Positions 40,725 to 53,183 of a stretch of 64,000 nucleotides of DNA are shown piece after piece; position 1 is the stretch's first letter, and every line of letters starts with the position of its first letter. Origin of the DNA: Octopus sinensis (Eukaryota); NCBI RefSeq assembly GCF_006345805.1, contig NC_043007.1:67766001-67830000 (forward strand), written 5' to 3'. The translations under genes were made by a program, and so were the position numbers. Below the pieces are notes generated by a model. That model made no database searches and was not told the origin of the DNA. It worked only from the letters and a program-made list of their open reading frames with translations.

Positions 40725-42012
40725 CGAGGGGCGTTCAATAAGTAATGCCCCTGACCCACTTCCCATAGCAGTAGCGCAACGAAACTTGGCACAGTTATTA
40801 GTCTTTTTCTACATAGGAACCACCCAGAGTTACGCATTTCTCCCATCGTTTGATGCGGCTCTGGAGACCGTTTTTGTAGAAGAACCCAGCTTGGTCCTCC
40901 AACCTCAACGTGACTTCAGAAATCAAGGCTGCATCATCTGGGAAACGTTTTCCTTTCAAAAACAACTTCATGATTGGGAAGAGGTGAAAATCAGAAGGTG
41001 CAAGGTCAGGAAAGTAGGGGGGATGGGGAGGAATTCATAGCCATACGCATGTGCTTCTGATCTGGCGACAAGCGAGTTGTGGACCGGAGCGTTGTCCTGC
41101 AGGAGGAGGATGTCTTTGCTGATCTTGCCCCGCCTCTTGATTTTGATAACTTCTCTTAATTTCCTCAAAAGTGAAGCATAATAGGCTCCTGCAATTGTGG
41201 TACCCTTTGCCAGGAAATCTGTCATCACTACTCCGTCCTGGTCCCAGAAGACTGTGAACATGACCTTGCCAGCGGAGGGCTGCACCCTTGCCTTCTTTGG
41301 AGGGGGTGAGTCACGGTGCTTCCACTGCATTGACTGGGCTTTGGTCTCTGGATCATCGTGATGGACCCAGGTTTCATCCTGTGTAATCAGTCTTTTGAAA
41401 AAATTTGACTCATCTTCTTGGCACATCTCCAAATTTCTCCCTCGAGCACTCGACGCGTTCTTGCTTCTGGAAAGGCGTGAGCAACCTGGGAATCCATCTG
41501 GCAGACACTTTTTGCATATGCAAATGGTCATGAATGATAGTTTCCACAGACCCGGTACTAATCTTGACCTCATGGGCTATTTGGCGAATAATTATGCGTC
41601 GATCTTCCAAAATGGCTGCCTCAACTTGACGGACAGATGCCTCATCAATGGCAGAAGGGGGCGACCAGATCTGGGAGCTGTTTCCACAGAGTTCCGACCA
41701 TGTTTGAATTCACGATGCCAGCGTTTTACAAGGTCATATGATGGGGCATCATTACCATAAGTTACTTTCATTTCATCAAAAGTCTCCCGTGGTGTGCGTC
41801 CTTTCAAATACAAAAACCGGATCACTGCTCGACACTCAACAGGCTCCATTTCACACTTGACTCGGTTCAAACACCTGTAAATCAGAAACCACAATTCAGA
41901 GCTGTAATTTGCCACTTACTCTATAGAGATATAAATAATTGCACATGCAAAATTTCAGCTAGATCAAACAAATGCAAGTGGGTCAGAGGCATTACTTATT
42001 GAACGTCCCTCG
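40725..42012 (-). mobile_element. near-intact mariner transposon, 1288 bp
   Basis: TA flanks; 37-bp TIRs with 2 mismatches. Transposase runs 41849->40798 with HTH, WIPRLL, ITQDETW, QDNAPVH and YFPDLAPSD (D34D), broken only by three 1-nt indels. Confidence 0.97.
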
Positions 42013-43582
42013 TATGTATGTATGTATGTATGTATGTATGTATGTATGTATGTATGTATGTATGTATGTATGTATGTATCCGTGTGTTCAAAACCGTGTG
42101 ACAATTGGCGTTGACTTGTTTACATTCCCGTAACTTAGCGGTTCGGTAGAAAAGGCGATAGAATAAGTATTAGACTTAACAAAAAAAAATAGTTTTAGGT
42201 TCGTGTTGTTTGACTAAAACCTTTCTAGACGGTGTTCCAGCATGGCTATAGTCCAATGACAGAAACAAGTAAAAGATAAATGGGCATTCAAAGATTCCTT
42301 TGATGATTTAAAATGTGCAGTCGAGAAAATAAAATAACTATGCCTAAAGAAAAACTGACCAGACTTTTGAACCTAAAGCATTAAAACAAGGAGAAATAGC
42401 TAACAATTTACTGCTTATGCTCAACGTTTATCCTAGTTTGTTTGGACCTTTGATCGCCTAATTAAATTTTATAGTAATTTCTGTAATGATGTTCATTACG
42501 CAGCAGAAAGAAAAAAGAATTGACATTTTTTGCTTTTTCAGGATCTCTTGATCTCTTGATCTCTTGATCTCTCGTTAGTACAGTTTTCATATCCTTCACT
42601 ATAAGTATTTGATTCTCGCTCTAAAGAGATATTTGATGGAAGGTGTCAAAAGAAAAAGAAAATGACTATGGTAAGTGACTTTACCTAAAGAAAAACCTAC
42701 TAAACATTTGAACATAAAGTATAAAACAAGGAGAAATACCTTTGCTCAACGCTTATCTTTCTTTAACTCTTTGATTGCTAATTAAATTTCACGGTCACTT
42801 TTCCTTATCCCCCCGCCAAACAAAACAAAAAAAAACAAAAAAAAACAACAACAACAAGAATTCATATTTTCTGCTTCTGCAATACTTCTTAAGTATCTCC
42901 TGTTGGTGCAATTTTCTTATCCGTCACCAAAAGTATTTGATTCTTGCTCAAAAGAGATATTTAGTGAAAGAAGTAAAAAGCCGAAAAAATATCTTTGATT
43001 ACTGAGGGTGTATCCGCCTTTCAGCGAATAAAGAGGACTGTTTTTGAAAGGTGTGAAGTGAAACTGCTTTCATTCAGTCAATAGCAATAACATTTTTGAG
43101 CGGATATATTCACTTTCGACGTTCAAAGGGTAAAGTATATTCTCTGCAATCACAGGCTCCTGAAACAGTTTCGCTGACGACACCAGCTGTGTCCAGACAG
43201 ATTAAACATATTCGATTGTGTAAGAAATGTGCCTAAAGCATCCATCATAGACTTGGCTGGCTGTGTTGTATTGGTGCATTTCTGTTCAGGCAACGTCGAT
43301 CTCATGGAAAGAATTAATGTACAACACAAACATTTGATCACTAAAAACAAACTATTTGTGCAGGTTGTTCAGAAACAAATTGCAGGACCGTCTTTTTAAG
43401 ACTACGCGAGACAACCTTCATCATCAATGATAAAATCAAAGTGAGTATTGTGCTTTAGGGTCAATACTTATAGACAAGTTCTAAAACAGAAGTAGTTTAT
43501 ACCATTAGCAAGTAGGTTTGGTAAACAAAAATTAAACGAAATCAAAGTAAAGTAATTGCAGTAAATGTGGATAACAATAACC

Positions 43583-44024
43583 GGATTTTTTCGGTTTGAA
43601 CGGCAGTTTTTAACGTAATTTCTAGGTAACTAAAAAATTTTAAACTTCGTATACTGGTAGAATGTGTTTATAAAACATCTTTTTCTCTTGGCTTTATTGA
43701 GAAAATTCTATAGTTTGTAAGATATTTGGTCTTTAATTTCTTGCATTTCGGCAATTTCAACCAATCAATGACCGTCTATTGAGGTGAAAACATTCGGTGC
43801 CGTATGAATATGTCCTTCGTTTAAGAAACAGATTGGGTTTATTTACATTTGTGAAGAAAAAAAGATACCCTTCCCCCCACCCTAACCCTAACTAACCCTA
43901 ACCTTAACTAACCCTAACTCTAAAACAGATTGAAATGCAATAGATCGATACTAGGGTCATAATTATGGGTGACAATTTCATATGACACCACTAGAAAAAA
44001 CTGCCGTTCAAACCGGAAAGATCC
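43583..44024. mobile_element. non-autonomous DNA transposon with 8-bp TSD and GG-starting TIRs (Merlin-like)
   Basis: TSD caataacc at 43575-82 and 44025-32. TIR ggattttttcggtttgaacggcagttttt versus ggatctttccggtttgaacggcagttttt. Confidence 0.85.
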
Positions 44025-44450
44025 CAATAACCTTCAGGATCTTGTTCTGCACGTAGGAAGAAATGTTTTAGTTGTGGTAAATTTGGTAATTTTAAGTAAA
44101 TTCTGCTGGTGATCAAAATCACTACATTTTACGAAGTCTGTCTATAACGTTAAATGTGGGTGTGTGAGCACGCGTTTGTATGAGGCTATAGGAAGAAAAA
44201 CTACCGCGTGGATGTAAAAACTAAAAGCTAACTCTTGTGTAAAATTTCACGACGAAGACAATGGAAGTCGTCCCGAGTCTCTAGCGACCCTCCGAAGAGA
44301 GCTACTGACTTTTTTCCAACAAGAACAAAATCGCATTTCAAAAAGGGAATAATTTTTATCGGATTAACATACCACATTTTTTTTTATCAGTTTCAGTTCA
44401 CAGCTGCGGCCGTGCAGCCATGCTGGGGTACCGTCGTTTTGCTGCACTGT

Positions 44451-45990
44451 TATTATTGAGAGCCTTCTCTGATATGTGGCATTTGGTGAATAAAGGAGTT
44501 TGATGTCGCTGCCCTCATTTGCACTTCCTGTGGCGAGGAACGTTTATCTGGGACTCTCGACAGGAAGAGATCCAGTTTTGCTTTGAAAACACTTACATCC
44601 ACTTTGTGTAGTTCCCTCAGGCTCTTTGAGAGAATATTAAAAAGCTGTGGGCCCTTGAAACCCAGGCTGTTGCAGTAACTGGTCCTGAAGTGCAACGGCA
44701 TTGTTGGGATCTTTGGTACTGTGCAGTGACGACCCGTTTTGTCATTTGTGTAGCTTTCAATGCCAAAATTTGGCACAATCCCTTCCCGGATCTTCCAGAT
44801 GTATATTACTGCATATCTCTCCCGCCTTTGTTCCAAGGAGTAGAGTCTTAGTTGTTTCAGAATTTCCCAGTAGCTGTGCTGTTGCACTGAGACGATCTTC
44901 TTCGTGAAGCTTCGCTGGATTGCTTCAAAGTCCGCTGTTAATTTTACACTGTAGGGTGACCATAGTTAGGAGCAGTAGTCCAGGCGTTTGAGGACAAATG
45001 TCCTCCAAAGAACTATCATGGTTTCCTTCTCTTTGCTTTTGAAGGTTCTCAGAATCCAACCAGCCGTTTGCACTTTGTCGCCATCTTGGTAACGTGTACT
45101 TGGAAAGAGGTTATCATCGCACATGCCGATACCCAGGCCACGCACTGATTTAGATTCTAGGATTCTAATCTCCCTTGAGCCAGTGTACCCTTTAAGTTTT
45201 ATATTTAGTTTTGGGTGCTGGTAGCGCAGAGTTTGGAATCTTCCAGCATTAAACTGCATATTATTGTCCTCAGCCCATCTGTAAATTGCGTCTAACTGCT
45301 GCAGGTGTGCAACTTCGCTTAGGTTTTGTATTTCCTGCGAGATTTTCATATCGTCTCCGTAGCTAGCAAGGGTGGCTATCCAGGCATCTGAGGGCATATC
45401 TGAGAAAAGCAGGGGTTCCAAGACAGCGCCCTGTGGAACACCACTCACTATTTGTGTTTCATTTGAGGTGGCTCCATTGGCCACCACTGCCCAACTTCTA
45501 TCTTTCAGAAAGTCATGTAACCACTCTCCAAGTTTTCCAGCCATGCCAAGATCGCTCTGTTTGTGGCATATCATACCATGATCCACTTTATCAAAAGCTT
45601 TTGTAAAATCGAAGTATATTACATCCACATTTGAGTTGTCGTGTAACTGCTTCAACACCCAGTCATAGTGCTGTAGAAGCTGTGTCAGGTAGTTCCTACG
45701 TGGTCGAAAACCATGTTGGGTATCACTCAGCAAGCGTTTTCTTCAAGGGATGCTATTAGTTTCCTTCTGATTATTCGTTGCATGACTTTGCTGATGTGTG
45801 AAGTCAGAGAGATAGGCCTATAATTTTTGGCATCTGCTCTGCTTCCTCCTTTATGGATTGGGCATATTATTTTCTCCTTCAGTTTGCGTGGCAACTTGCC
45901 ATATGCAAGAAGACTCTGGAAGAGAATCTGTAGTGGTTTCACCAGGGAACGTTTGCACGATTTCAGGAGGATTGCTGGGAAACCAAATAA
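44451..45990 (-). mobile_element. 5'-truncated CR1-group LINE (reverse transcriptase, frameshifted)
   Basis: NYRPISLTS, QHGFR, YFDFTKAFDKVDH, SGVPQG, YGDD and RRERY motifs across ORFs 45727..45996, 44966..45733 and 44453..44887; (AAT)n tail. Confidence 0.93.
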
Positions 45991-46568
45991 AATCAAATTG
46001 AAAATAAATAACCTGCGTAAGGGACATAATTTTTATAGGATTAATATATTTCTTCATTTTATTTCAAAATACGGTGAGGCACTCTTCTGTAAGTATGCCA
46101 TATGTGTAATATAACGACACAAAAAATAACGTGTGTGTGTGTGTGTGTGTGTGGTGTGTGTGTGTGTGTATAACTGTAATAAACTCCATTACTTCATATT
46201 GCTATAAGTATTATTTTGCATTCGTTCTATATCTGTAGAAGATCAGTTTCTTTTTTTCACTATCTACCGTCACAATAGAAACCGTAGAAGATCACTTTCG
46301 CTTTATTCCCTGCAGGCATTCAGAATAGAAACCGTAACTTAAATTTCACTCAAACATTTTTTCTTTGTTTCACGTACTCTACATCAAAATTTATGAGGTC
46401 AGCTGTCATTTTCTTATCTCACTTCAGCACATTTGTACAACTTTTCATTTGAGAATACCCATTTTTCCCAAAACATAGGAAGAAACAAATTCGGTGGGGC
46501 ACTCTTCTGTAGGTATGCTGTATTTATAATATAACGACACATAACATGTGTGTCGTTGTGTGTGTGTG

Positions 46569-46631
<63 letters not shown>

Positions 46632-46689
46632 ACTGTAATATCCTCTATTACTTTACATTGCTATAAGAAAAAGAGAAGCTGACGTTGAG

Positions 46690-49060
46690 GATCATCCAAG
46701 TATAAAATTATTTGACTCGACAATCGGAAGAGTTTACTCTGTGCATCCGAGTCACTATGAATGTTTCTTTTTTGAGTCTGCTTCTTCATGAAATAAGAGG
46801 ACCGACTTCCTTCTCCTTCCTAAGAACGATTGATGGTCAAACTGTTCGTACTTATAGAGAAGCCTGTTTAGTCTTAAGTCTGTTCGAAGATGACAATCAG
46901 TGGGATAGAACAATGGTTGAGGCTTCAGTGTCACGCACACACCTATTTCTTTGAGAGATCTTTTTGCAGTTCTTCTGAATCGTGAAGTAAGTAATCCATT
47001 AGCGTTTTGGCACAAATATAAGAGTGATTTATCAGAAGACAACAAATATCAAGCACAATTAAGATTCCCCGAGAGGGATTTAGCATTCGACGATGACATA
47101 TAATTCTGCATTGGTTGATATTGAAGATTGCGCTGTCTCAATGGGAGTGGGGGAGCTCAGCAAGTTTGGATTACCTGAAACTCATCGAAATGAGGTGAAT
47201 AATTTGATCACAGAAGTCTTCCGAGAAACTTCATATGATATTCTTTTCTACTCTAGGCACAGGGCTCGAAATCTTCGGGGAAGGAGCCAGTCGATTAGAT
47301 CGACCCTAGTACGCAACTGGTACTTAATTAATCTACCCCGAAAGGATGAAAAGCAAAGTCAATCTCGGCGGAATTTGAACTCAGAACGTAAAAACAGACG
47401 GAATACTTATTTCTATTTCTTTACTACCCACAAGGGGATAAACTCAGAGGAGACAAACAAGGACAGACAAACGGATTAAGTCGATTATATCGACCCCAGT
47501 GCGTAACTGGTACTTATTTAATCGACCCCGAAAGGATGAAAGGCAAAGTCAACCTCGGCGGAATTTGAACTCAGAACGTAACGGCTGACGAAATACCGCT
47601 AAGCATTTCACCCGGCGTGCTGACGTTTCTGCTAACTCGCTGCCTTAAATTTCATATGATATTGATTCCTTAACAAGATTCCTGGAAGAAAATGTCCCGA
47701 AACTCTTGCCAGACCAACAATTTGCATATATAACAAACATTGACCAAGTGACACATAAGAGAGGAGGATTATATTTTTTAGACGCACCAAGAGGAACTGG
47801 AAAAACTTTTGTAACAAATTTAGTGTTAGCCAAAGTCCAGCAGAAAAAAGGAAATAGCCTTAGCTGTTGCGAGCTCTGGAATTGCTGCGATTTTACTCCC
47901 AGGAGGTCGAACAGCTCACGTAACATTCAAGCTGCCATTCAATCTAACTTCAAATGATGAACCTGTCTGTAATATTAGTAAAAGTTCTTTAGCTCAAGTT
48001 CTCATGAAATGTTCTTTGATCATATGGGACGAAGCTACAATGTCCCATAAAAAATTAGTAGAAGCTGTTAACAGAATGCTGCAGGATTTGTGCAATTCCA
48101 ATTGTTTGATGTGAAGTGTGACAATAGTACTTTCAGGTGATTTCAGACAAACTTTGCCAGTGATTCTCAGGGGAACAAAGGTGGATGAATTGAAAGCATG
48201 CTTGGAATCTTTCACTTTATGGAAACATATGAAAGTGTTAATGCTTTTTACAAATATGAGGGCACATTTGTACGAGGATCATCTGTCGGAAAAAATTGCC
48301 TATACTATTTGGCAACTTGGAGAAGAAAAGCTAGATATCAATCATGAAGGTGATTTGAATCCGTCAAAACCCTGCACCTTGGTCAGTTCGGTTGAGGAAC
48401 TTATTGAAAAAGTTTTTCCAAATATAATTTCAAATTACACAAATGCTGCTTGGTTGTGCGAAAGAGCAATCATGGCGCCAAAGAACGTTACTGTGAATAA
48501 TTTAAGTGAAAGACTCGAGAAACTTTAACCAGAGAACGAACACACTTCCAAATCTACAGAACCGGAAATAGTCAATTACCCGGTTGAGTTCTTAAACTCA
48601 CTGCAGCTACCAAGAGCTCCTCCTCGTTGCCTTCTATTGAAAATAGGCGCTCCAATCATGCTTCTGCGCAACCTTTCTCAACCAAAGCTCTGCAATGGCA
48701 CACAAGACTTATCAAGAAATTAATGAGAAATGTCATATAAGCCACAATAATTTCTGGGTGTGGAAAGATGTTTTTATTCCTCGCTTACCTTTAATACCTT
48801 CAAATGTGCCCTTCATATTCAAATGACTTCAATTTCCAATACGTCTGTCTTTTGCAATGCCCATTAATAAGCCCCAAGGTCAGACTTTGAAAGTTGCTGG
48901 TTTGCAATTAGAAGTGAACTGTTTCTCACACAGTCAGTTATATGTTGGAACATCCAGAGTGGGGAGCAAGAACAATCTTTTCATTTTTTCCGCTACTGGT
49001 AAAACCCGAAAAATTGTCTATAAGGAAGTTTTTAACCATGGGATCAACAAAATAAAATTT
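46690..49060 (+). mobile_element. Helitron Rep/helicase remnant interrupted by SINE B copies
   Basis: LLLHEIRGPTSF..TYREAC, DAPRGTGKTF (Walker A), [13 protein letters not shown]...LCNGT, and AMPINKPQGQT...CFSHSQLYV...SRV. Confidence 0.93.
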
Positions 49061-49144
49061 GCAGAACGATTAATAACTTTGAATTGATGTTGTCAACGTC
49101 ACACTATATTCGTCTAAGAAAAGATATTTGTATTTTTGTTTGTT

Positions 49145-49540
49145 ACTCTCTTTTACTCTTTTACTTGTTTCAGTCATTTGACTGCGGCCATGCTGGAGCA
49201 CCGCCTTTAGTCGAGCAAATCGACCCCGGGACTTATTCTTTGTAAGCCCAGTACTTATTCTATCGGTCTCTTTTGCCGAACCGCTAAGTGACGGGGACGT
49301 AAACACACCAGCATCGGTTGTCAAGCAATACTAGGGGGACAAACACACACACACACACATACACATATATATATACATATATACGACAGGCTTCTTTCAG
49401 TTTCCGTCTACCAAATCCACTCACAAGGCATTGGTCGGCCCGAGGCTATAGCAGAAGACACTTGCCCAAGATGCCACGCAGTGGGACTGAACCCGGAACC
49501 ATGTGGTTGGTTAGCAAGCTACTTACCACACAGCCACTCC
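49145..49540 (-). mobile_element. SINE family A, young full-length copy
   Basis: CpG-rich copy with head, internal (CA/TA)n and tail. Confidence 0.9.
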
Positions 49541-51535
49541 TTGTAATACTTAAGTTCAATAAATTATTGTACGTATGTTTTTAGTTTTCTCCGAACTTTT
49601 ATTTACTTATCTTGTACTAGACATAATCCAAAGCTTGTGCGATGTTTGCTTCATTTATAGACTGAAATACTATAGATCATAGATAAGATGTTTATATGCA
49701 CCCATGATAATATTGGCCAGAAGAAAACAGCTCTATCGTCTATATGAAAGTTAACAATCATTTCTTATATATTCATTTAATTGTTTCATTCATTTGACTG
49801 CGGCCATGCTGAAGCACCGCCTTTAGTCGAGCAAATCTACCCCAGGACTTATTTTTTGTAAGCCTAGTACTTATTCTATCAATGTCTTTTGCCGAACCGC
49901 TAAGTTGCGGGGACGTAAACACACCAGCATCGATGTTGAGGTGACAAACACAGACACGCAAACACATACAAACATGCACACGAGCTTCTTTCAGTTTCCG
50001 TCTACTAAATCCCGAGGCTATAGTAGAAGACGTTTTGGCGTCTAAAAACAGTAGGGCTAATAACAAATACAAGGTCACTTTTTTGTCTCGACACAAGGTC
50101 GCTTTTTTGTATAGAAGGTTAAATCAGATCCATCTATTGCTGGGCTTCACATGTACCTAGAAAAATATTGTTAAGGTACTAATTTAGTAACTGGATGATG
50201 TTCGTAAATACTCAGAAATGTCAGCAAGGGTTACCTTCCAGAAAAACTAACTGGTAAATACCTTCCAAATTTCAACAAAGTATGAATGTGATTAGGAAGA
50301 TTAATATGTCCACCGAAATTCCATGGACGAAATTCGTAAATAATGGTGGATCTCCGTTGTTCAACGATGACGACTCAGTTATTCGATTAACTGAATTATC
50401 TTTTCCTGAATTAACGCGTAAGTAGTTGAGAATTTCATGGACACGCGTACCTTTAGCGAAATTCGCAGGAAGAATCTACGTGACACAGTGTGTGATAAGG
50501 CCGTGCCTTTGACTTATAGCTATAGGTGCAGGCGTGGCTGTGTGGAAAGAAGTTTGCTTCCGGTATAGCGTTTGTCAGTTGGATTGTTGGTTTTGTGAAC
50601 AACACACGTGTGCTTTGGTTTTTTTGGCCGAGCGACGTTTTGGCGGTGCGACGTTCTGAGTTCAAATTCCGCCGAGGTGGACTTTCCCTTTCATCCTTTC
50701 GGGCTCGATTAAATAAGTACCAGTTACACACTGGGGTCGATATAATCGACTTAATCCGTTTCTCTGTCCTTGTTTGTCCCCTCTAAGTGTAGCCCCTTAT
50801 GGGCAGTAAAGAAATAAGAAATGTTAGCCCGCCGGGCGAAATGCTTAGCGATAATTCGTCTGTCTTTATGTTCCGAGTTCAAATTCCGCCGAGTTCGACT
50901 TTGCCTTTCATCCTTTTCGGGGTCGATAAATTAAGTACCAGCTGCGTACTGGGGTCGATCTAATTGACTGGCCCCCTCCCCCCAAATTTCAGGCCCTGTG
51001 CCTAGAGTAGAAAAGGATATGTATTAAGGTGGCAAGCTGGCAGAATCGTTAGCACGTCAGAAAAATGCTTAGCTAAGCATTTGAGTTCAAATGCCGTCAA
51101 GATCGAATTTACCTTCATCTTTTCGGGGTCGAGAAAAAAAAAGGTACCCATTGAAAACTGGGTCGATGCAATCGACTAACCCCTTCCCCAGAACTTGTAT
51201 ATGTGCCAAAATTTAAAACAATATATTTTACTATCTTTAATTGACAGAAACAACAGAAAATGAAGCTAAATAATATTTAGTTTCATCCTACCTAACCGAC
51301 ATCTGTCAAGCTTGCCTTTTATATCTCTAGTGCTGATAGAATATGACAAAATACTTACCAATAATGTATTCAGATAAATTCATTCATCGATATTTGTTTG
51401 AGATTTTTTTATATTATGCCAGTATTTCTGAAACATATTTTGTTACAGAGCATTTCTACGATTCCCCCCAAATCGTAGAACCCATACTAACATTTTGCGG
51501 ACAATTCTCGCCACTCTGGTTTTAATAAAGATCTT

Positions 51536-51537
<2 letters not shown>

Positions 51538-51582
<45 letters not shown>

Positions 51583-51688
51583 AGAGAGGAAGAGAGAGAG
51601 AAGGAGAAGAGAAAGCAAGGGTGGGAGAGTATGTGTATGCGTGTCTGAGTGTGTATGTCAGAAAGAGACTACGCGTGTGAGTGTGTGT

Positions 51689-51747
<59 letters not shown>

Positions 51748-51915
51748 AGTGCGTGTGCGTGTGTGTGAAAGAGAGAGAAAGAGAAAGAGAAAGGGAGAGA
51801 GGAAGTGTGTGTGTGCGTGTGTGTGAAAGAGAGAGAAAGAGAAAGAGAAAGAGAGAGAGGAAGTGTGTGTGCGTGTGTATGAAAGAGAGAAAGAGTGAGA
51901 GAATGAGAGAGAATG
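51538..51915. repeat. compound (GA)n/(GT)n array with ~55-bp higher-order periodicity
   Basis: Unit gagaggaagtgtgtgtgcgtgtgtgtgaaagagagagaaagagaaagaga repeated about 3 times. Confidence 0.85.
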
Positions 51916-52246
51916 TGTATGTGAATGTATGTATGTGAGAGAAAGTGTGTGTGTGTAGTGTGAGTGTATGTATGTGTGTGTTGAAAACCATATTGTTATA
52001 TTTGGGAAGAATCTCATGTGATAAAACCTATCACTGGTTATTGCTGGTCTATATTTCACTTATCTTTCTTTTTCCAAATAGTGATCCCCAAATATCTTTC
52101 GTTACACCAATCTGGTGCTTTCACGTTGGGTGGTGCACATTTTCTCTTTTAAAATGCTTGGTTTGTAACTGACATTTTGTATATACGATGCGAAAGCTTC
52201 AGATTGGTGTATCTAAAAACACTTTTAGGGACAGTTTTGAAATATA

Positions 52247-52630
52247 GTTAGTTAGTTAGTTAGTTAGTTAATTTGGCTCAAAAGCAAATAGCAAGGCCAT
52301 GTAGGGGGACATGGTGTTAAGTACAGGGTGGTGTTCATGTAAAGAGTTCAGGCCACTTGAGGTCAAGGGAGACTTTGAACAAAGCGGTCGTCGGCATCTT
52401 CACCATCTCGTCTGGCAGCTTGTTCCACGGATCCGCAACCCGGACGGAGAAAGCTCCTCTCCTTCGATTGAGATGAAATCGTCGCAGGTAGAGCTTCTCG
52501 GAATGACCCCGCAGCCGACGCTCTGGAGCAGGAGTGAAGAACAGCTCTTTCGAGAGGTTACACTTTTCGCTTATGATGTTGTGGGCGAGAATGAGATCAC
52601 CACGGCGGCGGCGTTTTTCTAGAGAATAAA
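52247..52630 (-). mobile_element. CR1/L2-group LINE 3' end with (TAAC)n tail
   Basis: SLEKRRRRGDLI...LRGHSEKL...FSVRVADPWNKLP...FKVSLD, followed by ttagttag on plus. Confidence 0.88.
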
Positions 52631-53116
52631 GGTAGGGAAGTAAAATGTAGACAAACAACAACCGCTGAGTGTGTTTAATGGTTTTGTTAATCATGACTCT
52701 TCTCAGCTATGGCAACGAAGTTTTTATTAAATTTTATTAAAAGATACCTGATCTTGCAGAACCCTAAATTTTTATTTTCGCGGAACCGTGTGGTCCCTCA
52801 GTTTCTAATATGGGAAATTTTGCCTTATACCGATGGAAGAATTCAATATATTTTGTAGCATTCAAGGAATTTCTATTTAAGTATCCTTTCTTCTATAGTA
52901 CAGGGACTGAAATTTTAAGGAAGGGTTTAGTCAATTATATCGACCCCGTGTTCAACTGGTACCAGTTTTATCAACCTCGAAATGTTGAAAAGAAAAGTCG
53001 ACTTCTGCGGAATTTGAACTCAGTTTTTTGTTTAATAATAGCTGATGTAAATGTTGGTTGGCTGGTTGGTTGGTTATTTGATTTTTCCAGTCATACTTCA
53101 CATAGTATAGTGAGAT

Positions 53117-53183
<67 letters not shown>

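Noticed and set aside
43880-43918. Telomeric repeats as a chromosome end or fusion site
   Set aside because: Short, degenerate and inside a TSD-flanked MITE.
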